Translations under genes and position numbers: made by a program
Shown: positions 1 through 12,467 of the stretch, piece after piece
How the letters are laid out: each line of letters opens with the position of its first letter
Position numbering within the stretch: the stretch's first letter is position 1
Assembly: GCA_965250285.1 (NCBI GenBank)
Contig: OZ252299.1
Coordinates: 1,280,001-1,344,000 of the forward strand
DNA length: 64,000 nt
Direction of reading: 5' to 3'
From: Myxococcota bacterium
GTDB taxonomy: Bacteria; Myxococcota_A; UBA9160; UBA4427
The notes under the pieces: model-generated
What the model was told of the DNA's origin: nothing
The model's database searches: none
What the model saw: only the letters and a program-made list of their open reading frames with translations

Positions 1-1
1 G

Positions 2-745
2 CTGACGCTGTCGCTCACGCTCGACAAGGCGTGGACGCACCGCACGGTCGAGGCGGTGGGTGTCCGCGTGCCCGCATGGGGGTTGCTCGAAGACGGACCC
101 GCGGCCCGCGACGCGGCGCTGCCGGCCGACTTCCCGCTCTTCGTGAAGCCGCGCTGGGAGGGCACCGCCAAGGGCATCGGGCCCGCGTCGAAGGTCGGCG
201 ACCGCGCCGCGCTCGAGGCGGCGGTGGCGCGGGTCGTGCGCGACTACGCGCAACCGGCACTGGTCGAGGCGTTCGTGCCCGGCGCCGAGTACACGGTCAC
301 CGTGGTCGGCCACGCGCCGCGGCGCGCGCTGCCGGTGCTGCAGCGCGCGCTCCATGCCGCGACGGGGATCGGCCTGCACGCGATCGAAGGGGTGCACGAA
401 GCCGACCGCGACGGCGCCGAATCGGCGGTGCCCGCCGACTACGCGCTGCCGGGCGAGCTCACGCCGGCGCTCGAACGCGAGCTGCAGGCGATCGCGCTGC
501 GCATCTGCGAGACCCTCGAGGTGCTCGACTTCGCGCGGCTCGACTTCAAACTCGACGCACGGGGGCGTCCGGTCTTCCTCGAGATCAATCCGCTGCCGAC
601 CTTCGCGCCGGACGGTACCTTCGCGATCCTCGCCGAGCTCGAGGGCAGGGCGACCGGCGAGCTGCTGGGCGACGTGCTGCAGGCGGCGCTCGACCGCGCC
701 GTCGCGGCCCGGTGGCCCGGCGGGCGAAGGCCGTCGCTCGCCTGA
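2..745 (+). CDS. D-alanine--D-alanine ligase family ATP-grasp protein (5' partial)
   Basis: Frame is open from the window start (LTLSLTLDKAWTH...). Ddl-like motifs FPLFVKPRWEGTAKGI, LVEAFVPGAEYTV and ARLDFKLD...FLEINPLP. Confidence 0.85.
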   Translation: MTLSLTLDKAWTHRTVEAVGVRVPAWGLLEDGPAARDAALPADFPLFVKPRWEGTAKGIGPASKVGDRAALEAAVARVVRDYAQPALVEAFVPGAEYTVTVVGHAPRRALPVLQRALHAATGIGLHAIEGVHEADRDGAESAVPADYALPGELTPALERELQAIALRICETLEVLDFARLDFKLDARGRPVFLEINPLPTFAPDGTFAILAELEGRATGELLGDVLQAALDRAVAARWPGGRRPSLA

Positions 746-794
746 GCCGGCGACCTCGTTCACCGACCCACTCCAGCCTCGCGGAGATCCGCTC

Positions 795-1943
795 GTGTCC
801 AGTGCCGTTCCCACCGCTGCATCGAAGCCCGTCCGTGCGCGCGCCGCGACGGCCGGCGACGCGCCCGAAGGCATCGCGCCCGACGACTGGACGAGCTGGC
901 GCTGGCAGATGCAGCACCGCATTCGCGACGCCGAGGCGCTGGCCGAATGGATCCATCCGACCGACGACGAAGCCCGCGCCATCGAGGCGCTGGCCACGCG
1001 CTTTCGCTTCGTGATCACACCGTACTACGCGTCCCTCATGGACCCCGCCGACCCGAGCTGCCCGGTGCGCCGGCAGGTGGTGCCCCGCATGGACGAGCTC
1101 GGTGACGCCGCCGGGCTCGCCGACCCGCTCGACGAGGTGGCCCACTCGCCCGTCAAGAACGTGATCCGCGTGTATCCCGATCGCATCGCGTTCTGCGTCA
1201 ACAACGAGTGCGCGCTCTACTGCCGCTACTGCCTGCGCAAGCGCATGGTCGGCGACAGCGAGTGGACGATGCAGAAGCGCGAGCTCGAGACCGCGCTCGA
1301 CTGGATCGAGCGCACGCCCGAGATCCGCGACGTGCTGCTGACGGGCGGCGATCCGCTCACCTTCGGCGACGACCGGCTCGGCTGGCTGCTCGAGCGGCTG
1401 CGGGCGATCTCGCACGTCGAGATCATCCGCCTCGGCACGCGGCTGCCGGTCACGCTGCCGCATCGCGTGACCGATGACCTGTGCGCGCTGCTCGAGCGGC
1501 ATCACCCCGTCTGGGTCAACACGCACTTCAACCACCCGAAGGAGCTCACGCCGGCCGCCATCGCGGCCTGCGATCGCCTGACGCGGGTGGGCATCCCGGT
1601 CGGCAACCAGTCGGTGCTGCTGCGCGGGTTGAACGACGACCTCGACACGATGAAGAGCCTCTGTGAGTCGCTCGTGCGCGCACGCGTGCGCCCCTACTAC
1701 GTCTATCAGGCGCAGCTGCTCGAGGGCACCGCGCACTTCCGCGTACCGATCGAAGAAGGCCTCGCGCTGTTCAAGCAGATGCGCGGCCGCACGAGCGGCT
1801 TCGCGATCCCGCAGTACGTGCTCGACACGCCTTATGGCAAGGTGCCCCTCGACCATGCCTGGGCGAAGGGGCGCGACGGCGACGACTTCGTCGTCGAAGC
1901 CTGGACGGGCGACCTCTGGCGCGAGCCGAATCCGCGCGATTGA
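795..1943 (+). CDS. KamA family radical SAM protein (lysine 2,3-aminomutase-like)
   Basis: GTG start after GGAG. Motifs WTSWRWQMQHRI, ITPYYASL, CALYCRYC (CxxxCxxC), LLTGGDPL, NTHFNHPKE, GNQSVLLRG and putative PLP lysine GKVP. Confidence 0.92.
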   Translation: MSSAVPTAASKPVRARAATAGDAPEGIAPDDWTSWRWQMQHRIRDAEALAEWIHPTDDEARAIEALATRFRFVITPYYASLMDPADPSCPVRRQVVPRMDELGDAAGLADPLDEVAHSPVKNVIRVYPDRIAFCVNNECALYCRYCLRKRMVGDSEWTMQKRELETALDWIERTPEIRDVLLTGGDPLTFGDDRLGWLLERLRAISHVEIIRLGTRLPVTLPHRVTDDLCALLERHHPVWVNTHFNHPKELTPAAIAACDRLTRVGIPVGNQSVLLRGLNDDLDTMKSLCESLVRARVRPYYVYQAQLLEGTAHFRVPIEEGLALFKQMRGRTSGFAIPQYVLDTPYGKVPLDHAWAKGRDGDDFVVEAWTGDLWREPNPRD

Positions 1944-2063
1944 GCCCGCGGCCTGGGTGGGTCGCCTGCGCCCGTTCGCATGGGGTGGCGGGCGGGTGCT
2001 CTGCGCCTCGCCCTTCGAGGGTGAAGCGACGCGCCTTGCCGCATACTCCGGCCGGGGGGAACC

Positions 2064-3653
2064 GTGAGCGACGACGACGACGCGCGTCCGGACGCGGAAG
2101 ACGAGGGCGAGGGCACGCTCTCGGGTGCACGCGTGGGCGCCGCCGCGCTGCTGCTGGCGGCGAGCGTGCTGCTCTCGCGCGTGATGGGCTTCCTGCGCGA
2201 GATGGTGCTCGCGGCCGAGGTCGGCAACGGTCCTCAGACCGATGCGTACCGCGCGGCGTTCCAGATCCCCGATCTGCTGAACTATCTGCTCGCGGGCGGC
2301 GCCCTCGCCGTCGCGTTCACACCCCTCTACCAGCGCGCCCGATCCGAGGAGGGGCAGGCGGCCGCGACGGCGCTGTATCACGTGGTGATCTCGACCCTCG
2401 GTGCGCTTGCGATCGTCCTCACCGCGGTGCTCTGGTTCGCTACGCCGCGTCTGGTGGCGCTGCAATTCGGGGGCTTCGAGCCCGACGTACAGGCGCTCAC
2501 GTCGTCGCTCACGCGCGTCGTGCTGCCGGCCCAGATCTTCTTCATCACCGGCGGCGTGGCGCGGGCCGTGCTCATGGCGCACGGCCGATTCGCGGCTCAG
2601 GCTGCCGCGCCGCTCGTCTACAACGGCGGGATCATCGTCGGTGGACTCGCCACCGGCACCGTCGAAGGCTTCGCCTGGGGCGCGCTGGCGGGCGCCGCGC
2701 TCGGCCCCTTCCTGTATCCGCTGTGGGCGCTTCGCCGGATCGCGCCGCTTCGCGTCGAGGTGCGTCCGCTCGATCCGCGCTTTCGGCGCTACCTCTGGCT
2801 CGCGCTGCCGCTGATGGCCGGGGTCTCGCTCTCGACGGTCGACGAGTGGCTCGGTCGCTGGTTCGGCGCGCGCCTCGCCGAGGGCACGGTGGGTGCGCTC
2901 GGCTACGCGCGGCAGCTGATGATGGCGCCGGTCGCGGTGATCGGTCAGGCGGCGGCCGCCGCCGCGCTGCCGACACTCGCGGCCCTGTACGCGAAGGGCC
3001 AGGGTCGGGCCCTCGACGATTCGCTCTCACGCACCCTGCGCGTCACGCTCGCGCTCTCGATGCTCGCCGCCGTAGGGCTCGCCCTCTTTGCCAGGGAGAT
3101 CGTCGAAGTCCTCTATTTCAGAGGACGTTTCACGGCGCAGGATGTCGTCGACGTGTCGGCGATCCTGCGGGTTGGCGCGTGCGCCGTGCCGGCCTGGATC
3201 GCGCAGCAGGTCGGGGTGCGGGCCTTCTTTGCACGCAGCGACAACTGGCGACCGATGATCCTGAACAGCGCGCTGCTGGTGGCGTCGATCCCGCTCTATC
3301 TGCATCTCGGTGACCGCTTCGGCGCGCCGGGCATCGCGGGCGCCGGTGCGATCGCGATGACGGTGAACGCGGTGGCCACGCTCGGCTGGGCGCGGCTGCG
3401 CTTCGGCGGCCCCGCGGTCGCGCCGCTAATCGCCACGCTCGCGCGTTCGCTCGCGATCGCCGGCGTCGCCGGTGCGCTCTCGCTGGCGCTCCCTGCCTTC
3501 GACCTGCCGATGCTCGGCGCCGCTTGGGGACGCCTGCTGAGCGCTGGGTTGCTCTACGGTCTCGCCGCGATCGCAGGGGCGATGCTGCTCGGCGACGACC
3601 CGATGAAGGCGGCCGTGGCCACGCTCACGCGCGGGCGACTCGGTCGGCGCTGA
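2064..3653 (+). CDS. murJ: Lipid II flippase MurJ (MviN)
   Basis: LSRVMGFLREMVLA, DAYRAAFQIPDLL, GGALAVAFTP; many TM helices. Confidence 0.88.
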   Translation: MSDDDDARPDAEDEGEGTLSGARVGAAALLLAASVLLSRVMGFLREMVLAAEVGNGPQTDAYRAAFQIPDLLNYLLAGGALAVAFTPLYQRARSEEGQAAATALYHVVISTLGALAIVLTAVLWFATPRLVALQFGGFEPDVQALTSSLTRVVLPAQIFFITGGVARAVLMAHGRFAAQAAAPLVYNGGIIVGGLATGTVEGFAWGALAGAALGPFLYPLWALRRIAPLRVEVRPLDPRFRRYLWLALPLMAGVSLSTVDEWLGRWFGARLAEGTVGALGYARQLMMAPVAVIGQAAAAAALPTLAALYAKGQGRALDDSLSRTLRVTLALSMLAAVGLALFAREIVEVLYFRGRFTAQDVVDVSAILRVGACAVPAWIAQQVGVRAFFARSDNWRPMILNSALLVASIPLYLHLGDRFGAPGIAGAGAIAMTVNAVATLGWARLRFGGPAVAPLIATLARSLAIAGVAGALSLALPAFDLPMLGAAWGRLLSAGLLYGLAAIAGAMLLGDDPMKAAVATLTRGRLGRR

Positions 3654-3719
3654 GCAATCTCGGGTCGAGCCTCGAAGTTGGCTCGAATGGCCCGAATCAG
3701 AAGAGTTTTTTGTGCACCA

Positions 3720-4706
3720 TCAGCGCGTGAGCACGACCCGCCCCTCGAGGAGCAGATCGCGCTTCAACGCGAGAGAGAAGATCTCGTCGTACCAGCCGAG
3801 GCGATCCCAGCACCAGTCGGGCAGGGCATCGGGCTCGAGTCCGCGACCGAGCCGCAGATTGGTTTCGGTCTGGTGCGAGAAGGGGGCCTCGAGCGCGTGG
3901 AGCGGCGTGATCTCGAGCCCGCTGAACCCCGCCGCCTGCGCGTAGTCCTCGAACATCGAGCGCGTGAAGAGCCACTTGTCGTCGATGTCGAGAAAGCCCG
4001 GCGCGCTCGGATCGATGCCCGCGCGAAAGCCGTAGTCGCGCAGCATGTCCTCGAGCAGGCGCATGCCCGGAGCGTCGAAGTCGCGCCGCTCGCGCTCGGC
4101 GCGCTCGAGCAGGTCGGTGTACGCGATGCGCAGCACGGCGCTCCCGTTCTCGAAGGGCTCGAAGAAGATCGCCCGCGCGCCGGGCTCGAGCGCGTGGGCG
4201 AGGGCGCCGATCGCCGCCCTGGGGTCGGGCAGGTGGTGCAGGATCGCGGCGCCCACGGCCAGGCCGAAGCGGCCGGGGGCGTACGGGTCGTGCGTCGCCG
4301 ACATGCACACGGGCGTCACGCGGCCGCGCAGCGCCGGGTCGGCTTCGACGGCGTCGCGTAGGATCTGAAGCAGGTCGGGGCTGATGTCGACGGCGACGAC
4401 ATGCGCTTCGGGCAGCAGTTCGAGGCAGCCGAAGACCGAGTTGCCCGAGCCCGAACCGATGTCGAGCACCAGGTCGCGTGTCGCACCGCCGACCTCGGCG
4501 AAGGCCGTGTCGAGCAGCGCGCGAAAGTAGGCGACGTTCGTGTAGCGCGCGTGGTAGTCGCCGGCGCGGGCGAGGAACTGGTCGGTGACCCCCACCTTCG
4601 CGACGCCGTGCTGCGACTGCGGCACGAAGATACCCGCGAGCGGCGACGCGTCGGCGCCGAGGTCGAGCAGGGGCTCGGCGAAGCAGTCAGCGATCGAAGT
4701 GGGCAT
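3720..4706 (-). CDS. Class I SAM-dependent methyltransferase
   Basis: VLDIGSGSGN motif I, VVAVDIS, AILHHLPDP; ATG at 4706 within ORF 3720..5408. Confidence 0.85.
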   Translation of the reverse strand: MPTSIADCFAEPLLDLGADASPLAGIFVPQSQHGVAKVGVTDQFLARAGDYHARYTNVAYFRALLDTAFAEVGGATRDLVLDIGSGSGNSVFGCLELLPEAHVVAVDISPDLLQILRDAVEADPALRGRVTPVCMSATHDPYAPGRFGLAVGAAILHHLPDPRAAIGALAHALEPGARAIFFEPFENGSAVLRIAYTDLLERAERERRDFDAPGMRLLEDMLRDYGFRAGIDPSAPGFLDIDDKWLFTRSMFEDYAQAAGFSGLEITPLHALEAPFSHQTETNLRLGRGLEPDALPDWCWDRLGWYDEIFSLALKRDLLLEGRVVLTR

Positions 4707-4926
4707 GGATCCTTCGGCGTCGGGGTTCCGGCGCGGCGCGGGGGCGGCGCGAACGTAGGCGAGTTTGCTCGACTGGGCACAGCGCATTGGCGCTTGACGG
4801 GGCGACGCGAGCGTCATTCGCCGAGGTCCGTCAGAATGGGAGAATGGTTCTCGGGATGTGTGACAAGTGCTCGTTCTGCAGCGGTTTTCGCTCGCGCATC
4901 GCATGCGCGCTGACGGGCCCTCGCGG

Positions 4927-8553
<3,627 letters not shown>

Positions 8554-8646
8554 GGGTAGGGCGCGCACCGACGCGGTCGAATCGGGACGCCCGCTGCAGC
8601 GGCGCCGCGCATCCCTGCACACCTCCCCGCTTCGCCCCGCAAACCC

Positions 8647-8674
8647 TTGATTCGAAACGCCATGTGGCTAAAGT
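8647..8674 (+). promoter_or_regulatory. Putative sigma70 promoter of tRNA-Lys
   Basis: TTGATT-16 nt-TAAAGT ending 6 nt before the tRNA. Confidence 0.5.
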
Positions 8675-8680
8675 GCGCCC

Positions 8681-8756
8681 GGGCGCGTAGCTCAATTGGC
8701 AGAGCAAGAGACTCTTAATCTCTAGGTTCAGGGTTCGATTCCCTGCGCGCTCACCA
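8681..8756 (+). tRNA. tRNA-Lys (CTT)
   Basis: Cloverleaf GGGCGCG...CGCGCTC-A-CCA, anticodon stem AGAGA/TCTCT with loop CTCTTAA, T loop GGTTCGATTCC. Confidence 0.97.
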
Positions 8757-8803
8757 CCCACATATGTCGCAGCGAAGAAGCCAACTTGGCTGCGGGCACG
8801 ATC

Positions 8804-8841
8804 AATGCCCCGGCCACCCTCAGCGGTGGTCGGGGCGTTTT
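8804..8841 (+). terminator. Rho-independent terminator after tRNA-Lys
   Basis: Hairpin AATGCCCCGGCCACC / GGTGGTCGGGGCGTT followed by TTTT. Confidence 0.7.
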
Positions 8842-8895
8842 CGTTCGTCCTCGTGATGGTGAGTCTGAGAGCGTGCCGCGAGCAGGCGACGGATT

Positions 8896-9443
8896 TGGAT
8901 GGTCGGGTGGTCGACCCGTCGCCCAGGGAGGTCGGGCGGCTCTTCCTGGCCGACGTACTGCCCAAGCTGCTCTTGCGTTCCTGTCATCGGGTGCTCGTGG
9001 ACGGCCCACTGCTCAGCGTCGCGGGCGACGGCGAATTCGGGCGCACCGACCGGGAGCGCGTCGCCTTGGCTCGCGACCGCAATCGCCGCGCCTTCCTCGA
9101 GGTCCTGCTCGAGCCGGACTGGAAAACGGATCTCACCGGCCAGCAGGCGTTTGCCATCTAAGCCGAAGAGGTCGTTGCGCATCTCGCCAAGGTTCGGGCC
9201 GAGCTCGTGATCGATGGTGAGGTCACCGGTCTGCGTGTGGGCGTGGTCGAACGGATGTGGGACATGATCGCGGTCGCGATGTACCCGAACGGCAGCCGAC
9301 TCACGATCCGTGGGGCGGGGTTCTCGAGCCCGGCGCGACCGCCATCCGCAAACAGGCCGCCGCTCGTGATTCTGACTGGTCCTAGGCATGACCCGCCGAC
9401 CGCGTACGGCCACGCGCACGAGGCCGTGTGGAGCGCCGCATAG
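8896..9443 (+). pseudogene. Possible pseudogene (hypothetical protein broken by TAA at 9159..9161)
   Basis: ORFs 8805..9161 and 9207..9443 share a frame, with G/C-ending codons on both sides of a single stop. Confidence 0.3.
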
Positions 9444-9554
9444 CTTCGGGATGCCCTTCGCCATCGGAGCTAACGTCGGGCGTCATCGAAGCCAGCCCCG
9501 CGGCCGCGCACGACCACCTCGCCCCGCGACCCGGGCCGCATCGAGGAGAAGCCC

Positions 9555-11228
9555 ATGAGCCCCGCCCTGAATGCCACGACCCTCTGCGAAGCGTTCCAGA
9601 ACACCGCCCAGGCGCGTCCCGACGCCACGGCCGTGCGCACACCGGGCGGAGGCACGTCGATCGACTGGTCGGGCTATCGGCAGCGCGTCGAGCGCATCGC
9701 ACGCGGGCTCGCGGCGCTGGGCGTCTCGCGCGGCGACACCGTTGGGCTCATGATGACGAACCGCCCCGAGTTCAGCCTCGTCGACACGGCGGCGCTGCAT
9801 CTCGGCGCCACGCCGTTCTCGATCTACAACACGTCGGCGCCCGAGCAGATCGCGTACCTCTTCGGCAACGCCGAGAACCGGGTCGTCGTGTGCGAAGAGC
9901 AGTTCGTGCCGAGGATCCTCGAGGCGCGGGGCGAGACCGGCCTCGAGCATGTCGTCTGCATCGACGGCGAGCCCGACGGCACCCTCTCGATCGAAGGGCT
10001 CGAGGCGGGCGGAGACCCGAGCTTCGACTTCGAAGCCGCTTGGCGCGCGGTCACGCCCGATGACGTCGCGACCCTCATCTACACGTCGGGGACGACGGGG
10101 CCGCCCAAGGGCGTCGAGCTCACGCACGGCAACATCATCGCCGAGCTGCAGGCCATCATCGGCTTTCTCTCGATCACGCCGGACGATCGCGCGATCTCGT
10201 ATCTGCCCTCGGCGCACGTGGCCGATCGACTCTTGTCGCTCTACGCCAGCATCGGTTTCGGTGTCGAGGTCACGTATCTCGACAATCCGGCGGGCATCCT
10301 CGGCGCGACCATCGACGTGCGACCCACCTTTTTCGGCGGTGTGCCGCGCATCTGGGAGAAGCTGATGGCCGGGCTGCAGGCGGCCGGGGTGGCCGATCCC
10401 GGGGCGCTCGATGACGCCACCCGCCAGGCCACGCTCGAGAAGATCGGCATGGATCAGGTCAACTCGGCAGTGTGCGGTGCGGCCCCGGTGCCGACCGAGG
10501 TGCTCGAGTACTTCCTCGCCTTCGGGATCCGAGTGCAGGAGGTCTGGGGCATGTCGGAGCTGACGGGCGTCGCGACGATCAACCCGAGTGACGACCTGCG
10601 CATCGGCACCGTGGGCGTGGTCGTGCCGGGCACCGAGGTCAAGCTGGCCGACGACGGCGAGCTGCTCTGCCGCGGACCGATCGTCATGCGGGGCTACCGC
10701 AACCAGCCCGAGAAGACCGCCGAGACCATCGACGCCGACGGCTGGCTCGCCACGGGCGATATCGCCGAGATCGACGCGGACGGCTACGTCAAGATCGTCG
10801 ATCGCAAGAAGGAGCTCATCATCAACGCGGCGGGCAAGAACATGTCGCCCGCGAACATCGAGCAGAAGCTGAAGGCGGCGAGCCCCCTGATCGGGCAGGC
10901 CGTGACCATCGGCGACGGCCGCAAGTACAACGTGGCCCTGCTGGTGCTCGACCCCGACAACGCGGCGGCCTACGCGAAGCAGCACGGCCTCGCCGACGCG
11001 TCGGCGGCAGCGCTCGCTGGCCACGCCGATGTGCATGCGCTGATCGAGCAGGCCGTCGAGGCCGCGAACGCCCGGATGGCGCGGGTCGAACAGATCAAGA
11101 AGTTCGTCATCCTGCCGACCGACTGGGTGCCCGGTGGCGACGAGCTGACCCCCACGTCGAAGCTCAAGCGCAAGCCCATCGCCGAAAAGTATGCGGCCGA
11201 GATCGAGTCGCTGTACGCCGAGGGGTAG
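9555..11228 (+). CDS. Long-chain fatty acid--CoA ligase (AMP-dependent synthetase)
   Basis: IYTSGTTGPPKG, VWGMSE, WLATGDI, IVDRKKELII, GDELTPTSKLKR; RBS GAGGAG. Confidence 0.92.
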   Translation: MSPALNATTLCEAFQNTAQARPDATAVRTPGGGTSIDWSGYRQRVERIARGLAALGVSRGDTVGLMMTNRPEFSLVDTAALHLGATPFSIYNTSAPEQIAYLFGNAENRVVVCEEQFVPRILEARGETGLEHVVCIDGEPDGTLSIEGLEAGGDPSFDFEAAWRAVTPDDVATLIYTSGTTGPPKGVELTHGNIIAELQAIIGFLSITPDDRAISYLPSAHVADRLLSLYASIGFGVEVTYLDNPAGILGATIDVRPTFFGGVPRIWEKLMAGLQAAGVADPGALDDATRQATLEKIGMDQVNSAVCGAAPVPTEVLEYFLAFGIRVQEVWGMSELTGVATINPSDDLRIGTVGVVVPGTEVKLADDGELLCRGPIVMRGYRNQPEKTAETIDADGWLATGDIAEIDADGYVKIVDRKKELIINAAGKNMSPANIEQKLKAASPLIGQAVTIGDGRKYNVALLVLDPDNAAAYAKQHGLADASAAALAGHADVHALIEQAVEAANARMARVEQIKKFVILPTDWVPGGDELTPTSKLKRKPIAEKYAAEIESLYAEG

Positions 11229-11367
11229 GGGGGCGAGGGGTCGGGTCGCTGCTCGAGGTCTCCGCGATCTGGCTGGGATATGCGTGAACTCGCGGCCTCT
11301 CTTCCTCGCAACGGCGACCTACAGTGACGCCTGTCGATGTCATCGACTTCAGCAAGGGGCTTGTCGG

Positions 11368-12426
11368 GTGAGAACAGAGTCTTCTTGGCGCGCGAGGATC
11401 GGGCATGGGCGCTCGATTGCAATCATCGGATTCGTTTTGGGGATGCTGGCCCCATCGGTCGCTCTGACCGACGAGCCCTCGATTCGCGACCACCTCGTCG
11501 ACGTCGGTGGCTTCTCGATCAAGAAGATCGAGTCGATCGGCGATTCGGTGCTCGTGCGCGAGATCGACGTGCCCAATGCGTCGCGCGAGGCCGGTTTCGC
11601 GGGTCTCATCCGCATCCAGAGCACGGGTGATGCCCTCGTGCGGGCGCTGGCGAAGCGGGACGTCGCCGTGCTCGGCGACACCCAGGCGGCCGGGTTCTTC
11701 TCCGATCCGGCGAAGGCGAGCGACGTCGACCGACTGACCTTCTCCGATTCCGACTTCGAGGTGCTCGCCGAGTGCCACGTCGGCGACTGCAAGTTCAAGC
11801 TCGGCGAGGCTGGGATCGAGCGCATCGAGTCGATCGACTGGAAGGCGCCGGGCGCCAAGAAGACGGTGACCGATCTGTTCCGCCGTGAAGCGGTCAGCTA
11901 CGTGAATGCGTACCGAGAGCAGGGCGACGCGGCGCTCATCGTCTACGACGACAAGAAGCAGCCGGTCGCCCTCGCCAAGACCTTCGAAGATCTGCTCACG
12001 CAGTTCGTGGCGTTCGAACGCGTGGCGCCGAAGTTCGTCTCGTCGCTGAGCACGTATCCGAAAGGGGAGCGCTCGGGCACCGCCGCCGCGCTCGACTGGT
12101 CGGTGCGCGACTTCGGGCGACGTCCGACGCTGACGATCGATCAGCTGGTGGTCGACGTCGAGCCCGAGGATGCGAACCTCGACCTGCTCTTCGCGTCGAA
12201 GACCCTGTACGCGAACCACTACGTGGCCGCCCGCATCCAGATGGGCGCCGTGATCGAGGGCGACAAGGCGCTCGGCGTGCCCGGTCGCTACATGCTGCTC
12301 GTCGACCGCATCGTCTTCGACGACGACCTGAACGGGTTCAAGCGGGCGCTGCTCGGCCGCGGCCTCTCGTCGGATCTCGAGGATCGAATGAAGGGCCTGC
12401 GCCGCCTCGCCGACGGCGGCCGCTAG
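11368..12426 (+). CDS. Hypothetical secreted protein
   Basis: Hydrophobic signal-like N-terminus (IAIIGFVLGMLAPSVA) and host-like codon usage; start uncertain. Confidence 0.65.
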   Translation: MRTESSWRARIGHGRSIAIIGFVLGMLAPSVALTDEPSIRDHLVDVGGFSIKKIESIGDSVLVREIDVPNASREAGFAGLIRIQSTGDALVRALAKRDVAVLGDTQAAGFFSDPAKASDVDRLTFSDSDFEVLAECHVGDCKFKLGEAGIERIESIDWKAPGAKKTVTDLFRREAVSYVNAYREQGDAALIVYDDKKQPVALAKTFEDLLTQFVAFERVAPKFVSSLSTYPKGERSGTAAALDWSVRDFGRRPTLTIDQLVVDVEPEDANLDLLFASKTLYANHYVAARIQMGAVIEGDKALGVPGRYMLLVDRIVFDDDLNGFKRALLGRGLSSDLEDRMKGLRRLADGGR

Positions 12427-12467
12427 CGGGGGCGGGCCTGCCGGCCGAGGCAGGGTACGCTCTCGCG

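Noticed and set aside
2..745. Calling the ATP-grasp gene ddl, or the radical SAM gene epmB
   Set aside because: Not in a dcw cluster and no efp/epmA in view; substrate cannot be assigned from motifs.
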